A DNA stretch of 64,000 nt from Octopus vulgaris (Eukaryota): positions 104,842,001 through 104,906,000 of the forward strand of contig OX597818.1 in NCBI GenBank assembly GCA_951406725.2, read 5' to 3'. The notes beneath the pieces were generated by a model. The model was not told the DNA's origin. It did not search any database and saw only the letters and a list, made by a program, of their open reading frames with translations. This document shows positions 1-15,651 of this stretch, one piece after another. Made by a program: the position numbers and the translations under genes. Position 1 is the first letter of the stretch. Every line of letters begins with the position of its first letter.

Positions 1-581
1 GAGTCGTTCCATCTGTTGAGCGTTGACCGTTTGGTTCTGTTCAAGCAATTCGTGGCGGATAATCCCTACCCAGTCCCACCATACGCACAACATCGTTTGA
101 TGAAGATCTTGTTTCACGCGCGGTGTCGCGTGTTTACCGGGGCTAAGCCATTCTTTACGCTGCTTCATATTGATGTACTGGCACCATTTTTCGTCGTCCG
201 TAACGATTCGGTAAAGAAATCGTTGCTTGTATCCATGAGTTGAGTGGTGACCAGCAAGCAAACCAACAGAGATTGTGGCTCGTTGATTTTTGTTGTTGTC
301 ACTTAAAGCATGCGGAACTCATGCTTCCTACTTCTGAACCTTTCCTATCTATAGCAGTGTGGGAGGTGTCGAAAATACTCGTTTTTCTTAACTTGACATT
401 CCATTTTAATGATCTTAAAATAAACAAAAATTAACTAAAATCAACTAGAAGAAAAGATACAAAATAGATTCCAAAATGATTCAAAAATAGAATTCTCGAA
501 AAAAATAGATTCTGAAATTTAAAAACGCAATAAATTCCAAAATAAAAAAAAATCGGTGGGAACTTAGTTGCCAATCCAATA
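1..581 (-). mobile_element. Tc1/mariner (mariner) element: 5' TIR plus internally deleted, decayed transposase; continues off the left edge
   Basis: Minus-strand translation of ~330-1 gives *VPHAL (WVPHEL-like), FLYRIVTDDEKW (first catalytic D region) and MLCVWWD..GII.HELLEQNQTVNA. Mariner-like TIR (minus TA|TTGGATTGGCAACTAAGTTCCCACCGATTT) at ~551-579 followed by TA. Confidence 0.88.
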
Positions 582-959
582 GTATAGCTCACGATTTAGG
601 CACTAATAAATAATACCCTCATAATAAATCTCAATGCAAATTTCAGCCATTACTTTAAACATTTAGTTAATAATATTAATAAACTCTTATCCAGCTTATG
701 TTCTGACAAGAAGTCCCTTAACGGTAGTGCTTGCAATATTTGGCAGAGCAGCATTAATATGCAAAAATGGGAATTAGTATAAGATACAATCCTCTGTTGC
801 TGTTATGTTATTTCCAATGTGTGTAGGTTTTTTTATAAAACTTGTCAGAGATTTGCTTTTGTTGCTTGCGGTTGACTCGTTGTTCTTATCGTGACTGCTA
901 ATGCTACTGCCCACCACTTCCACCGTTTGTTACGACCAATCTCCTAAATGAGTGCTGAT

Positions 960-1480
960 ATCTAGCGCAAAAGGAGTATAAAGAAAGGTATGACTGTGTC
1001 GATAATAAACTGGACTGGGATGTTAGCTAAATTTGTAAATTCGAAATGACAGAAAACTAGTATGAACAAGAGCCAGAGGCTGTTATGGTGAATGATAGTT
1101 AAAGGAATATGTGAGATTTCACCATAGAGACTGCCCTTACTATTAAAGCAAGCAGACCAGATATGAAAATAGAAGGGAAAAAAAGAAAGAAAATCAAACA
1201 GTATACGATCATAGGTTATACAATACCATATGAAAGTATACTGGGTATCAAAGAAATTGTGAAAATTGATAAATAGCAGAATCTAGTCAGTTGAATGAAG
1301 AAAATTGTTTTACACAAAGGTGAAAATTGTTCCTGTGGTAATTGGTGCACTCGTCATAATTGAACTGTTACTTGAGAAGCTGAAAGGTACTGGAACTGAG
1401 GTACTTTTTGTTGATCTGGAAAGAAGTATCATACTGTATTTTGTAAAAACCCTAAGAAAGGTGCTTCGGATTTAAAGAGG
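960..1480 (+). mobile_element. Old R4/Dong-type LINE fragment (C-terminal restriction-like endonuclease), many stops and frameshifts
   Basis: Piecewise translation *YEQEPEAVMVND..*DFTIET..TIKASRPD..; KEIVKIDK*QNL; VKIVPVVIGAL matches the RLE-domain motifs (WDF, RPD, K..KY..L, PVVIGALG). Confidence 0.75.
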
Positions 1481-1567
1481 CTTGTTGCTGTTGTTAGAAT
1501 AACTCAGTGTATCATCTCTGAAAATTAAATTAATATATTATAGCTTTTGATTGATAATATCAAGAAC

Positions 1568-2222
1568 ACTTTCTAGTTTTGGCAGAAGACCAATAAATTT
1601 TGAGGCGGAGAAGTCAGTTCGATCGATGTCAGTACTCAAATGATATATTTATTGTGTCGATCCTGAAAGATGAAAGGCAAAATCGACCTCGGCAGCATTT
1701 GAACTTAGAACCTAAAGAGACGAAAGAAATGCCGCTAAGTATATTGTCCAGCACGGAATAAAGATATTAATCCTTTCTTATTTCTTTATTGCCCACAAGG
1801 GGTTAAACACAGAGGGGACAAACAAGGACAGACAAACGGATCAAGTCGATTACATCGACCCCAGTGCGTAACTAGTACTTAATTTATCGACCCCGAAAGG
1901 ATGAAAGACAAAGTCGACCTCGGCGGAATTTGAACTCAGAACGTAACGACAGACGAAATACCGCTAAGCATTTCGCCCGGCGTGCTAACGTTTCTGCCAG
2001 CTCGCCGCCTTGAATAATGGTATTAATCCTGTCTGCTATAGGCACAATGCCTGAAATGTTGCGAAGAGGGGGCTACTTAATTCTATCGACCCCGTTCGAA
2101 TGAGACAGTATGATGAAAGTTAAAGTTGAGCTCAACGTAACTTGAACTCAGAACGTAAAGATCCAGAAAAAGGGTCGTTAAGCGTTTTGCCCAACGTGTT
2201 AACGATTTTCCTAGCTCCTCCC
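1568..2222 (-). mobile_element. Cluster of three SINE-A copies; a young AAT-tail copy (1779-2011) is inserted into the 3' tail of an older C-tail copy
   Basis: Shared core TTGCCTTTCATCCTTTCGGGGTCGATAAATTAAGTAC on the minus strand; imperfect 23-bp TSD at 1756-1778 and 2012-2034. Confidence 0.85.
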
Positions 2223-2295
2223 TAACAGCTATTATGGTATTACTAATATCCTTCCTGTTGAACGTATTTTCTGCTCGGTAGAGACATCTCCCGTG

Positions 2296-2660
2296 GAGGG
2301 GCGTGGCTTAGTGGTCAGGGTGCTGAACTCATGATCGTAAGGTTGAGGTTTCGATTCCTGGACCGGGCGATGCGTTGTGTTCTTGAGCAAAACATTTCAT
2401 TTTCACGTTGCTCCACTCCACTCAGCTGGCAAAAATGAGTAACGCTGTGATGGACTGGCGTCCCGTCCAGGTGGGGAATTTCTCCGCCACTGAAACCGGC
2501 CCTTATGAGCCTGGCATGGCTCGAGAAGGATCATTTTTCCTGTTTCTTGAGTAACGCTGCGATGGACTGGCGTTCCGTCAAGCTGGGGAGAACATATACG
2601 CCATAGAAACCGGGAAACCGGGCCCATGAGCCAGGCTAGGCTTGAAAAAGGCGAAAAGAA
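2296..2660 (+). mobile_element. tRNA-derived SINE (family C) with an internal tandem duplication of the 3' part
   Basis: A box GTGGCTTAGTGG and B-box-like GTTTCGATTCC; homologous to 43343-43595; TGAGTAACGCTG.GATGGACTGGCG occurs twice (~2437, ~2548). Confidence 0.8.
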
Positions 2661-2939
2661 AAGACACATCTACCTACCTCCGAGACAGTACGGGAATACA
2701 CGAAATTTTAAAACAAAAATGTTTTAGAGAAACGTCGACGTCAGAGTAGAATCGACGACCTTTCTGCTTGTTGTCCAGCACCTCAATCGATTCAACCACC
2801 CATGTTCTTGTATAGGTTTATGATCGATAAAATAAATAGAAGATACTGGAGATCGATTCGACTATAATCGCTAGCCTACAAAATTGGCTTTGTGTCTGGT
2901 CAAATGGAACTATTATGAATGGTTAGTGAAAGCTCCTAT

Positions 2940-3745
<806 letters not shown>

Positions 3746-4292
3746 AAGAAAGGAGAAACGGAAGAATGAAAGAAGAGGCGGGAAAAAAAGTGAAAGTGAA
3801 AGGAGACAAATGAAAGAGACTTGAATGAGAGGAATTGTATGTTGTGAGACGCAAAGGACAAAGGGAGAGAGTGGGCGGTGTAGAAATTGATAGAGAAAGG
3901 AAGAGGAAGAGGAGAGGGTTTCGGTGATAAAAAGAGTAAAAGAGAGAGTGAGTAAGGGGGGTGAAAAGAAAATGTTAATGTGTTTGAGTGTCAGAGAGAG
4001 AGGGAAGAGGGAGGAAAGGATGGAAGGAGGGAGAGTAAGACAGAGAGAAAAGGTGAATAAGAGAGACAAAGTACAAAGTGAGAAAGGGGAAGGGAAACTG
4101 GGGTCTGTATGAATATTACTGTATGGTTTTTGTATTTCCTATATGTGTGTCTGTGTGTATGTGTGCTATAGACATGGGACAGACAGACAAACAGATAGAC
4201 AGACAGACGGACGGACGGACGGACGGATGGATGGATGGATGGATGGAAGGATGGATTGATGGATAGGCATACAGACAGAGATATAGACAGGT

Positions 4293-5897
<1,605 letters not shown>

Positions 5898-5898
5898 A

Positions 5899-5945
<47 letters not shown>

Positions 5946-5968
5946 TATAGATAGATAGATAGTTAGAT

Positions 5969-6098
5969 ATGTTTCTTTATTAGGCACACAGGGCTGTATA
6001 TAGACGAGACAGATTACAAAGTAGAGCTTTTCTTTTTGAGGAGAGAGAAAAGGGGGAGGTAGGTTTTCGATCAAAAGGGATCGTAAAAGGGAAAGAAA
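5969..6098 (-). mobile_element. Short 3'-end copy of the Tx1 LINE in (GATA)n
   Basis: Diverged copy of 4415-4545, same AATAAAGAAACAT-(ATCT)n junction, GATA repeats on both flanks. Confidence 0.88.
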
Positions 6099-6102
6099 AT
6101 AG

Positions 6103-6159
<57 letters not shown>

Positions 6160-6164
<5 letters not shown>

Positions 6165-6480
6165 TGATTGCTCCATCTTCACAGATGATTGCCATATTTC
6201 TGTGCTTCCTCATTATCAATTGTATTTCTGACTTTCCATTCATGACCTGAGATGACTATCCAGAACTGCTGCAGATGTGCATGGTTTGAAGTATGTGTTG
6301 TAACTAACCGTATGCTTCCAACTGGCTTGGTCTGCACACGTCACCATTCTTTCATCGCCATAGGACTTTCAGCAGTTGCGATGACAAATGAGGTCACGAT
6401 AAGGAGACATCTGTACGCCATTGGCTTGTAGTTATAAACGCTTGTTTAACATGAGTGCCACCCTCTGAGCTTCCGTGATT
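6160..6480 (-). mobile_element. Decayed LINE AP-endonuclease fragment (RTE-like)
   Basis: Minus-strand pieces VALMLNKRL and an NG..E.Q.D-like segment resembling APE motifs; heavily mutated. Confidence 0.45.
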
Positions 6481-7291
6481 AGCAACTTGTGACTGACTGA
6501 AGTGAAACGGACCAGAATCACCAGCTGATCTTATGGCTAGGACCCTGACAGGTATTGCAACTCCAGGTCAGAGTAAACCGGTGGACAATTGTAGCTAAGA
6601 AGAGGTTTCATTCTCCTCAACCAGACACAGTGTCATCTATTTGTATAACATGGACAAATACAGACATCAAATACCATTAAGCATAAATCTTTAGTTTATT
6701 TAAATTAACTACGCCTATAGAGGATGTATCATAATTACTAAACTAGCTCCAATTAAGAAAGGGAGATAATCTCGCAATTCAAGAGTCATAATACTGATGA
6801 ATTGAGTTCAATACTTCATGAATAAATTGTTGCATATATTGCTGCATAATATAACAATATTCATGACATCGAATTTCGACGAAACAATTGGAAGTTGATG
6901 GAATAAAAAGATCTGCTCACTCCATTCACCTTGTTTGTAATTATAAAAATAAAAACTTTGCAGATACTTGTAGATTTTCAGGCATGTTTTTTTTTTTTGC
7001 TAAAATAAAAATAATCTCCAGTATGCAGTGTACGGCAGATAAATCTTTCATATATTATGTCACAATTTATATGGCGCTAGTGAAGTTAGGTAGATGGTAA
7101 TGTTGCTCTCATGTAGCTAATATCTCATGTTTTTCTTGTGCTGCTGTTCTTTTAAGTGTCGTGGATCGGTGAATACCGTGTATTTCGTGTTGAAACTGCA
7201 AAAACGAGTGGATGGGGTGTAATCTTTTCGTATATACGAGCATATACGCAAACGCACAAACACACACACGCACACATAAATAAGATAGATG

Positions 7292-7376
<85 letters not shown>

Positions 7377-7495
7377 ATAGATAGATTAAACGGACAGACA
7401 GATAGATATACCGATAGAGAGATAAGTAGGTAGAGAGAGAGAGACATAGATAAATAGATCTAAAGTTGAGTAGACAGACAGACAGACAGACAGAC

Positions 7496-7567
<72 letters not shown>

Positions 7568-7598
7568 CTACAGTTGGTAGACAGATAGATAGATAGAT

Positions 7599-7631
7599 AT
7601 GTTTCTTTATTAGCCACACAGGGCTGCACAC

Positions 7632-7632
<1 letters not shown>
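7599..7632 (-). mobile_element. ~35-bp extreme 3' end of the Tx1 LINE in (GATA)n
   Basis: ATGTTTCTTTATTAGCCACACAGGGCTGCACACA identical to 4415-4448, flanked by GATA repeats. Confidence 0.85.
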
Positions 7633-7682
<50 letters not shown>

Positions 7683-7959
7683 CAGACAGATAGATAGATA
7701 GTAAGAAAAGAGAGAGAGAGAGAAAGAGAGAGACCTATACACACACATGTATAAAAGACAATAAATTCAAACAAGCGTAGCTCATTAATGCTGAGCCAAT
7801 CTTTCTAGTGGTTTTTCAATATGGCTTTTAGAATTCTTTTGGCTGTCATGCAGGCTGATTCATCTGTGGAATAATACATCAATCGGAGGTTTTAACGGGC
7901 GTCCGTTGAGAGATGATCTCTTGAAATACGAAAGAGACGTGTATGGGTGTTGAGGGATG

Positions 7960-8345
7960 GTGGCGGATGAGTTGTAGTTTAAAGGAAGGCAAGAAAATGA
8001 AGAATTGAAGAAGAGAGGAAGAAAAAAATACAACTGTCCCTAAACGCATTAGTGAGGAAGGAGTGGTTTGGAGAGGAGAGGAGTGAGGGAGAGGGAGTGA
8101 TGGAAGAATGGTGGCGAAGAGAAGAGGAGAGTGGAGTAAAATGATGGAAGAGGTGAGAAAAGAGAGGATGAGTTGGGATGGGGAGGGGAGGAGGAGGAGG
8201 AGGAGAAAGAAGAAAAGATGATGATGATGATGATGATGATTATGATGATGTCGACGGCGACGACAACGAAGGAGATTAAGAAGAAGGAGGAGAAGAAGAA
8301 GAAGAAGAAGAAGAAGAAGAAGAAGAAGAAGAAGAAGAAGAAGAA

Positions 8346-8391
<46 letters not shown>

Positions 8392-8680
8392 ATATCGATG
8401 GCGACGACAACGAAGAACGAGGAGGAGGAGAAGGAGAAGAACAACAACAATAACAGCAATACGACGATGATGATGATGAGAGGAGGAGGAGGAAAAAGAA
8501 AACGTGGCAGGAAGAGGAGAAAATAGGGAAAAAATGACGAGGAGAGTAGAACAGTGAAATGAGCACATCATAGCAACAACAGCAACAACGGTAAGACACA
8601 ACAGCTATAAAGACATCATCATCATCAACAACAACAGCAGCAGCAACAATACTGACAACCATAACAACTATTACAACAAC
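7960..8680. repeat. Purine-rich low-complexity tract, (GAG/GAT/GAA/CAA)n
   Basis: Visible runs; TCGA.GGCGACGACAACGAAG spacer duplicated at ~8251 and ~8395. Confidence 0.9.
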
Positions 8681-9532
8681 GAGCCAATGAGCGAATCGCT
8701 ATGTGGTCGTTCGACCGGCGAAAAATAGTAGCTAAATCTCCCGCAATTAACACCTAAATGAAAGATCTAACAAGCAACAATATAGTTATAGGAATATAGA
8801 AAATGACAGGATGGTCATGGCAGGAATGCTTTGGTTCATGGATTATCTTTGATCAGAGCTTGTCTGTTGTAGAACAACAAGAATAACTGCAACAATATTA
8901 TCGGCAACCATAGCGAAAATAAACGAAAAATGATAACACTGTAATATTGAAAATAGAAAGGAAAGGTTAATTTGGACTATGTCATCATAGATATACACAA
9001 AGGAGTGGATAGCCACGGCTGGAAGCCCTTTGATGAAAGTTAAAATTGAGCTAAACGATAAGGACCACAGTTAAAATGACAATATTTGTTGTAATTTGCG
9101 GTTCATATTGTTTTAACTTCAAGCGACAAATTAATCTGAAAGTTGGAAAGAAATGACGTGTTACTTCCCGCTAACATGTGAAGATGGAGAGAAATGATGG
9201 GAGAGAAAGAAGGCGTGGTATTGGGGAAAAGGAGAGATAGAAAGAAATAGGGAACGAAAGAGAGGGAGAGAGACCGAGAAAGACTTTGATTTTAAGAACC
9301 TAACAACTGAAGGATACCGCTAATAAACATAAAGCATCACTGTTATATAGCAATGACTATCACAGCCTCCGTTCGACTTTTTGAAAGTGAGTGCGGATGA
9401 AGTCGCCGGCCGCTATCGCGCCATCAGGCCATCGTGCCATCACGCCATCACGCCCGTCATCCCGTCTCTAAGTCGAAGCTTCGCTGCTACCATCTTCCTT
9501 AAGGTGAAGCTCCAGTATTTCAACGCCTTAAA

Positions 9533-9755
9533 AGGGGCGAGCTGGGAGAAACGTTAGCATGCCGGGCGAAATGCCTAGCAGTATTTCGTCTGTCTTTACG
9601 TTCTGAGTTCAACTTCCGGAGAGGTCAACTTTGCCTTTCATCCTTTCGGGGTCGAGAAATTAAGTACCATTTGCGTACTGGTGTCGATGTAATCGACTGG
9701 ACCCCTCCCCCAAAAAATTTCGGCCCTTTTGCCTAGAATAGAAAAGAAAAGAATT
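9533..9755 (+). mobile_element. SINE-A, solo C-tail copy
   Basis: GGCGAGCTGG..AACGTTAGCA..GAGTTCAA..TTGCCTTTCATCCTTTCGGGGTCG, ending CCCCAAAAAATTTCGG..TGCCTAGAATAGAAAAG. Confidence 0.85.
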
Positions 9756-9867
9756 TCAACGCCTGAAACCCGTAAAAGAAAAGAAAGCTACGAAAACAGC
9801 AGCAGACGAAATAAAACTCATCATGAAGCAACTGAACAAAGAAATAATAACAATGTTAACCTTGAAT

Positions 9868-10121
9868 CAGTGGTTCTCAGCCATTTTTTTTTTTTAGTTT
9901 TGACTTCTTTATTTCCTACTATACTCGGGTGAACCCATTAGCCATTCATTAAAAAAATGCTATTATATTTTTAGAATTAAATATTATCAGAAATAGTATT
10001 AAAAAATTACTAAAATATTTTGTGTAGCGTAGAAGTATGACCAATTTATTGATCATAAATTTTAACAAAAAATTTTATATGGATCCCCAAGGGTCATATG
10101 GAAGTCTATTGAGAACCACTG
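9868..10121. mobile_element. hAT-type MITE
   Basis: TIRs CAGTGGTTCTCA / TGAGAACCACTG; 8-bp flanks CCTTGAAT / ACTTGGAT (6 of 8 match). Confidence 0.8.
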
Positions 10122-10232
10122 ACTTGGATAAACAAAAATAGATAAGCATTTTTATGCGGCTTCAACCATAAACCAAATAATAAAATATTGTACAGAATAT
10201 TGGAATTTGCTCGAAGCAATGCAGTATGTAAG

Positions 10233-10544
10233 TAATGAGATAAATATTTGTAAAATCTTTTAACAAAGCAGTTGAGGAGCTAATCAAAATATCTCGAACG
10301 ATGTAAACGAATGCAAGACAAAGATATTGTATAACTTTACAAAGGTAGTTTAATAATCCTAAAATATTTTGCGATAAATCCCTCTTCTAAATATAAAGGG
10401 AAAATATTAAAAGATTATAAAACATCCTATGTAAGGCATTACAATACATTTATCTTTGTCTTTTATTCATCGACATCGCTTTACATATTTTGATTAAGTC
10501 CTCAACTACAATGCTCAAAAGTTTTACAAAGATTTATCTCATTA
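10233..10544. repeat. Decayed foldback/MITE-like palindrome
   Basis: Paired blocks TAATGAGATAAAT/ATTTATCTCATTA, AGTTGAGGA/TCCTCAACT, TAATCAAAATAT/ATATTTTGATTA and AAGACAAAGATA/TATCTTTGTCTT in nested order. Confidence 0.75.
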
Positions 10545-10579
10545 TAGAATATAATGGTTTCAATAAAACATGAATACTA

Positions 10580-11730
10580 CACCCTGTTTCGCTCACTACA
10601 CCACGTCTTTCGCCAATTTCAGCAGACAGATGAAAACTGCTTGTCCCTACTGGCAAAAGAAGTGCCGTGGAGAGCTCTTCACGATGGACTCAGCAGACGG
10701 CTGGATCTATCCTTCATACAATAGGCTGTTCGACTAAAATCCACAAATCATTAATGCTCGGACAGTGAACAAGTCAGTACAAAATGATTTCGTCGCTCTG
10801 CGAGAAACTTCGGATGGATCTGCTTGTTGATGCGTCTGTTCCTGTAGAGTTTTTTTTCTTTAACCAGTAATGTCTTCCGGTATCGCCGCGAACTTATGAA
10901 TCTCTGGCCTGGCAGTGCAATCACGGTGCATTGCAAGCTTCGGTAGTTTCAGAACTTAAAGTTCTCTGGAATAGACCACCAGTTGATTCTCGTCGACTCC
11001 GAGATTTTCCTCGAGAACGTTGTCACTGCTCCCTAACTTTAGTCCTCTATAGAAGCCAGCATGGAAATTCCATTGACTGTATTTTCCAACTGCTAGAGGG
11101 CTGGGAACATTTGACAAAATTTTAGATGACAAGTGTTTAGTTCTGGTCTTTGCGTGGCCTAGAACTGTGGCACCAGCAAGTAGACGAACTATGAAAAGAC
11201 GAGCCTTACAAAAAGTGACCATACATGCTCAATATCAAGGAGTCTGTGTTAATGCTGCAGCTTTAACACATGCCTGTGCCGAACCTCTTGTGAATGGGAT
11301 TTTGTATCAGATAAACCACTTGGCAAGAGGAAGTCAATCCTTACATAAAAGCCGAGAGAGCTTATATTCTAACCTGGTGAGACGATAACCAAGGGCAAGG
11401 CATGATGGTCGAGCTGTAATGTATAACAGAGGCGATATGGTTTCCTATCAGCTGTTTCTGAGTGAGTCTGATCACGCTGCTCGTAACTTCATTCCTTGTA
11501 TACTTGCAGATCCTGTCAGAGGTAAGCCTCGAGAAACTTGCCAGGACTGTTCTTCTATAATAGCCTATGATGTTGTTCAACGCCATGCTCTTACTTGTCC
11601 AGATACCGAGCTGCAAGCAACTGATTTATCTTGGTTAATGTTTCTCTCTGTCACAGTTTCGTATTCCTTTAGAAGTATGCCGAACAACTCGACTTTTTTG
11701 GTGTCCGTCACCGTTGCAGTGACATCATCA
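10580..11730 (-). mobile_element. Old, degenerate Tx1-clade LINE fragment related to 4415-5897
   Basis: HIASVIHYSSTIMPCP matches YIASVIYYRLTVVPCP; SAESIV matches LSAESIVNI; colinear order. Confidence 0.75.
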
Positions 11731-12707
11731 TAATTTCTAATACACATACACGCTTAATCATTTAAGGAGAAGCATCAGGGTTAGGGTTAAGGATGCTTGG
11801 CTGATATTCCACCCTAAGGTCAATTCTTTTTCTTCTTCTTCTTCTTCATCTTCTTCTTCTTCTCCTTTTTCTTCTTTTTCCTCTTCTTCTTCTTAGTGCC
11901 TCGCACATCCGACCTAAGAATTCAATTACATCAAGACTACATATGACTGCGGAATACAAACGCTGCTCTCACGTTACATTCACGTAACGTACGTAGTCCA
12001 GACAATCGCGCACTCATCGTCGAGACCGACGGAGAACCCACCACTTAAACCAAAAATAATATTAATAATAAAATCAAATAATGAATAAATAATAATTTCA
12101 ACTAGAAAAATTATTTTTTGTGTACATATTCCGCTTTCACTGAGACAGCACATACATACAAAAAATACGTGTCTCTTGAGCATAGAAACTTTGAATAATT
12201 CTGTTCCAGACCAATTCTGTCACAAAATCTTTTGAAGTCAAATATAATTTGTAGCTTGTTTGATAAAACGGCTTCTTGGACGAATATTTGATACAATGGT
12301 GATATTTTTATCTACGCAAAAATAGATGTATTATTATGTTAAAATATATAACAAAATTCTGCAAGTATACCTTTTCTATGTTTTTATATGATACGCTACA
12401 TGTCTGTTTATTTCTGTGGTGGGGGGTGTATGTTTGCGTGCATGTGTGTGTGTGCATGTGTGTGTGTGCATGTGTGTGTGTGCATGTGTGTGTGTGCATG
12501 TGTGTGTGTGCATGTGTGTGTGTGTGCATGTGTGTGTGTACTTCTATTTTAGGCTGTGTTTACAAGCATTATATATTGTTTATTTACATGTACATGTTTT
12601 GGGAATATTGTATTTCATTATCGACAGGCAGACAGACAGACAGACAAACGAACAGACAGATAAACCGAAAACGCACAGACAGACACAAACACATTCACAC
12701 ACAGCTG

Positions 12708-12803
<96 letters not shown>

Positions 12804-12985
12804 GATAAACTGATTGATTGATTAATGTACAAGTAGGTAGGTAGATAGTTAGGTAGGTAGGTAGGTAGGTAGGTAGGTAGGTATCTTGGTAGCCTTGTAG
12901 CTAGATAGGTAGGTATGAATGTAGGTAGCTAGCAGACAACTAATACATACAGGAAATCACGATGATGGATAGATAGATTGGATAG

Positions 12986-13060
<75 letters not shown>

Positions 13061-13097
13061 CAGCAAGACAGACAGATAGATTGATAAATAAATAGAC

Positions 13098-13195
<98 letters not shown>

Positions 13196-13780
13196 ATTTA
13201 TTTTTTTTAAAACTACTGATGGTGTGTCTGTAGGTGCGTGTATCTTTTGGTGCGCATGTGCGTGTGCGTGCATGTCTCCGTTAATATGAGTGTGTACCTG
13301 TATATGTGTGTTGGAAAGAGAGAGAGAGAGAGAGGGGGGGAGAGAGAGAAAGTGTTTGCGTGTTCGTCTCACTCTCTGTATATGCGCACAAAGTATTTAC
13401 TATATTTGATCTACACATCAAAACATTGATGGCAGCTAATGCGAACTCACGAGAAACGTGTTGAAGCATACAAAGAAGGAACTGAATCTGTGTTCTTTAC
13501 ATTTGTTAACGACTAGTTAACAGGTAAAAGGTAAAAGGTAGCAGGTGATAGGTGACGGATGTCTTCATGCGACAAGTTAAATCTGAAAATTGGATAAAAA
13601 AAAAAAAGATGAAAATGACAGCGAGTTACCTCCCGCTGTCTTGTGAAAAGAGTGATGGTAGGAGAGAAATAAGACACGGCTATTGGGAAGAGGGAGAGAT
13701 AGAGAGAAATAAAGAATGTAAGAGAGTAGGAGAAACTGCGAGAGACTTTAATGTGAAGAACTTAACAACTGAAGTGTAAA

Positions 13781-14213
13781 TTACTCTTTTACTTGTTTCA
13801 GTCATTTGACTGTGGCCATGCTGGAGCACCGCCTTTAGTCGAGCAAATAGACCCCAGGACTTATTCTTTGTAAGCCTAGTACTTACTCTGTCGGTCTCTT
13901 TTGCCGAGACGCTAAGTTACGGGGACGTAAACACACCAGCATCGGTTGTCAAGTGATGTTGGGTGGACAAACACAGACACACAAACATATACACACACAT
14001 ACATATATATATATGTATATATATATGTGTGTGTACAAATACATATATACGACGGACTTCTTTCAGTTTCCGTCTACCAAATCCACTCACAAGGCTTTGG
14101 TCGGCCCGAGGCTATAGTAGAAGACACTTGCCCAAGTTGCCACGCAGTGGGACGGAAACCGGAACCATGTGGCTGGTAAGCAAGCTACTTACCACACAGC
14201 CACTCCTACGCCT
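13781..14213 (-). mobile_element. tRNA-derived SINE-B with internal microsatellite
   Basis: Minus strand GGAGTGGCTGTGTGGTAAG..GGTTCCG..TTGGGCAAGTGTCTT..(TA/TG)n..GACTGAAACAAGTAAAAGAGTAA; homologous to 18563-18996. Confidence 0.88.
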
Positions 14214-14363
14214 ACATGTAATGTTAACAAAAATAACAACCATAGAGGAGGATAGTACTTCTATGAATGCTAATGGCATTTTTGTGTAATATATTATTAC
14301 CAATCAATCAAATTATCTTAGGGTGTTTTTGGTGGAGATTCGGAAAGAAAATATTGCGTATAG

Positions 14364-14527
14364 CAGAAGTGTAGCAGAGATGTGGACAAGGGGACAGTCC
14401 ACTCTGGGCGATGCTATCATGGGGGAAGCACTTTGAGATCTCTTGCATACAGACCATGAGTTTACCGCACCGGTGTAGGATCAGACTCTAGGTACTCCAG
14501 GCGGTACACACTCTAGCTACGCCGCTG
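14364..14527. mobile_element. Small decayed MITE
   Basis: Imperfect terminal inverted repeats CAGAAGTGTAGCAGAG / CTCTAGCTACGCCGCTG. Confidence 0.45.
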
Positions 14528-14954
14528 GTGTGTGTAACAGTAGCCTTTTCTTAGTAGAGGTATATTGATCTTTGTCAGCTTTGATGATCAGCATTCCAGT
14601 TGCTCGATCAATTAAACTACCTAATCTTTAAATCAGCAAGTAGCTGAGTTTCCATGGATATTTGTATCTTTAGCGTAATTCTCAGGTAAAAATCAGCGTA
14701 ACGCTCTGAAAAAGCTGTATCTTTTGAATTACAATTAAATCTACCCTACGAGCTTCTGTACAGCTTCTGTCTACCCAATTTCACTCAAAAGGTTTGTGCC
14801 TATCCAAGGATATGATAGAAACACTTTCCCGGAATGCTGAGTAGAAAGAATTAAGCTTAGAGTTCATGCTTGCAAAGTGAATTTCTTAATCAACTGGCCA
14901 TACTGATGACCATGTTAGATGTTTTCTACTAGTGCCACATTTATGCTTTGTAAA

Positions 14955-15113
14955 TGTTGAATGGACACCCCCAGGCGATGAAGTAGGCTAGCCCAATACG
15001 TAGATATAGAGGTAGAACTCGAGACGTCAGTGCACGGTTGAGTATCAGAATCAGTAGGAGTAGAGCTGAGGAGCGGTCATCCGAACGTGCGACATAACAG
15101 TGGCGACGAGGAT
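14955..15113 (+). mobile_element. LTR-retrotransposon 5' relic: candidate short LTR end plus tRNA-Ser(GCU) primer-binding site
   Basis: ..ATAACA g TGGCGACGAGGAT (15101-15113) is complementary to the 3' end AUCCUCGUCGCCA of eukaryotic tRNA-Ser(GCU). LTR start (TG at 14955) is a guess. Confidence 0.55.
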
Positions 15114-15336
15114 TTCGTGATACACACAGCCACTATGTAGTGTTGTGACATAACCGTAAACCATATATAAGTTCAACATGTTAGCTATAGATCTAGCAGT
15201 ACGGTCCAGAGCATAGATAGTACTACATGTTAGTTGTACTATTAGCGTCGCTTTATAGAACTTTATAGAGTTACTGTTCGCTATATATAGTTATATATAG
15301 AGAGTTATATATAGTTATATATATATATAGTTATAT

Positions 15337-15460
15337 TGGCCTGCTCGCTTAGCCAGCGGGGTGGCGTCATTTGAAGGCTAAAACAATGCGAAGCGCATTG
15401 TGACCAGCGATGTGTTGCAACATCTGATAGCCTGGTCGGTCACGGTGATCACGGCGATAT
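15337..15460 (+). mobile_element. Short RTE-type 3' end
   Basis: GAAGCGCATTGTGACCAGCGATGTG..CATCTGATAG matches the 3' end of the RTE fragment at ~37793-37832. Confidence 0.6.
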
Positions 15461-15591
15461 ATAGTTATATATAGAGAGTATATAGAGAGAGTTACTGTTT
15501 TATCGTGAATATTGAAGAGCTACATATCATAGCTGTAGTGCTAGTGTCATGCTTGAGGGTGAGCAATTCATAAAGGCTGAAGTGTGCGTAG

Positions 15592-15651
<60 letters not shown>

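Noticed and set aside
2296-2370. tRNA gene
   Set aside because: tRNA-like head continues into a SINE body with relatives elsewhere; acceptor stem not intact.
6858-6900. Hammerhead-like TTCATGA..TCGAA-T-TTCGA-CGAAAC-AATT-G
   Set aside because: Core CUGA and the UH site are mutated; at best a dead relic.
11777-11792. Telomere-like GGGTTAGGGTTAAGG
   Set aside because: Only about two units; expected by chance.
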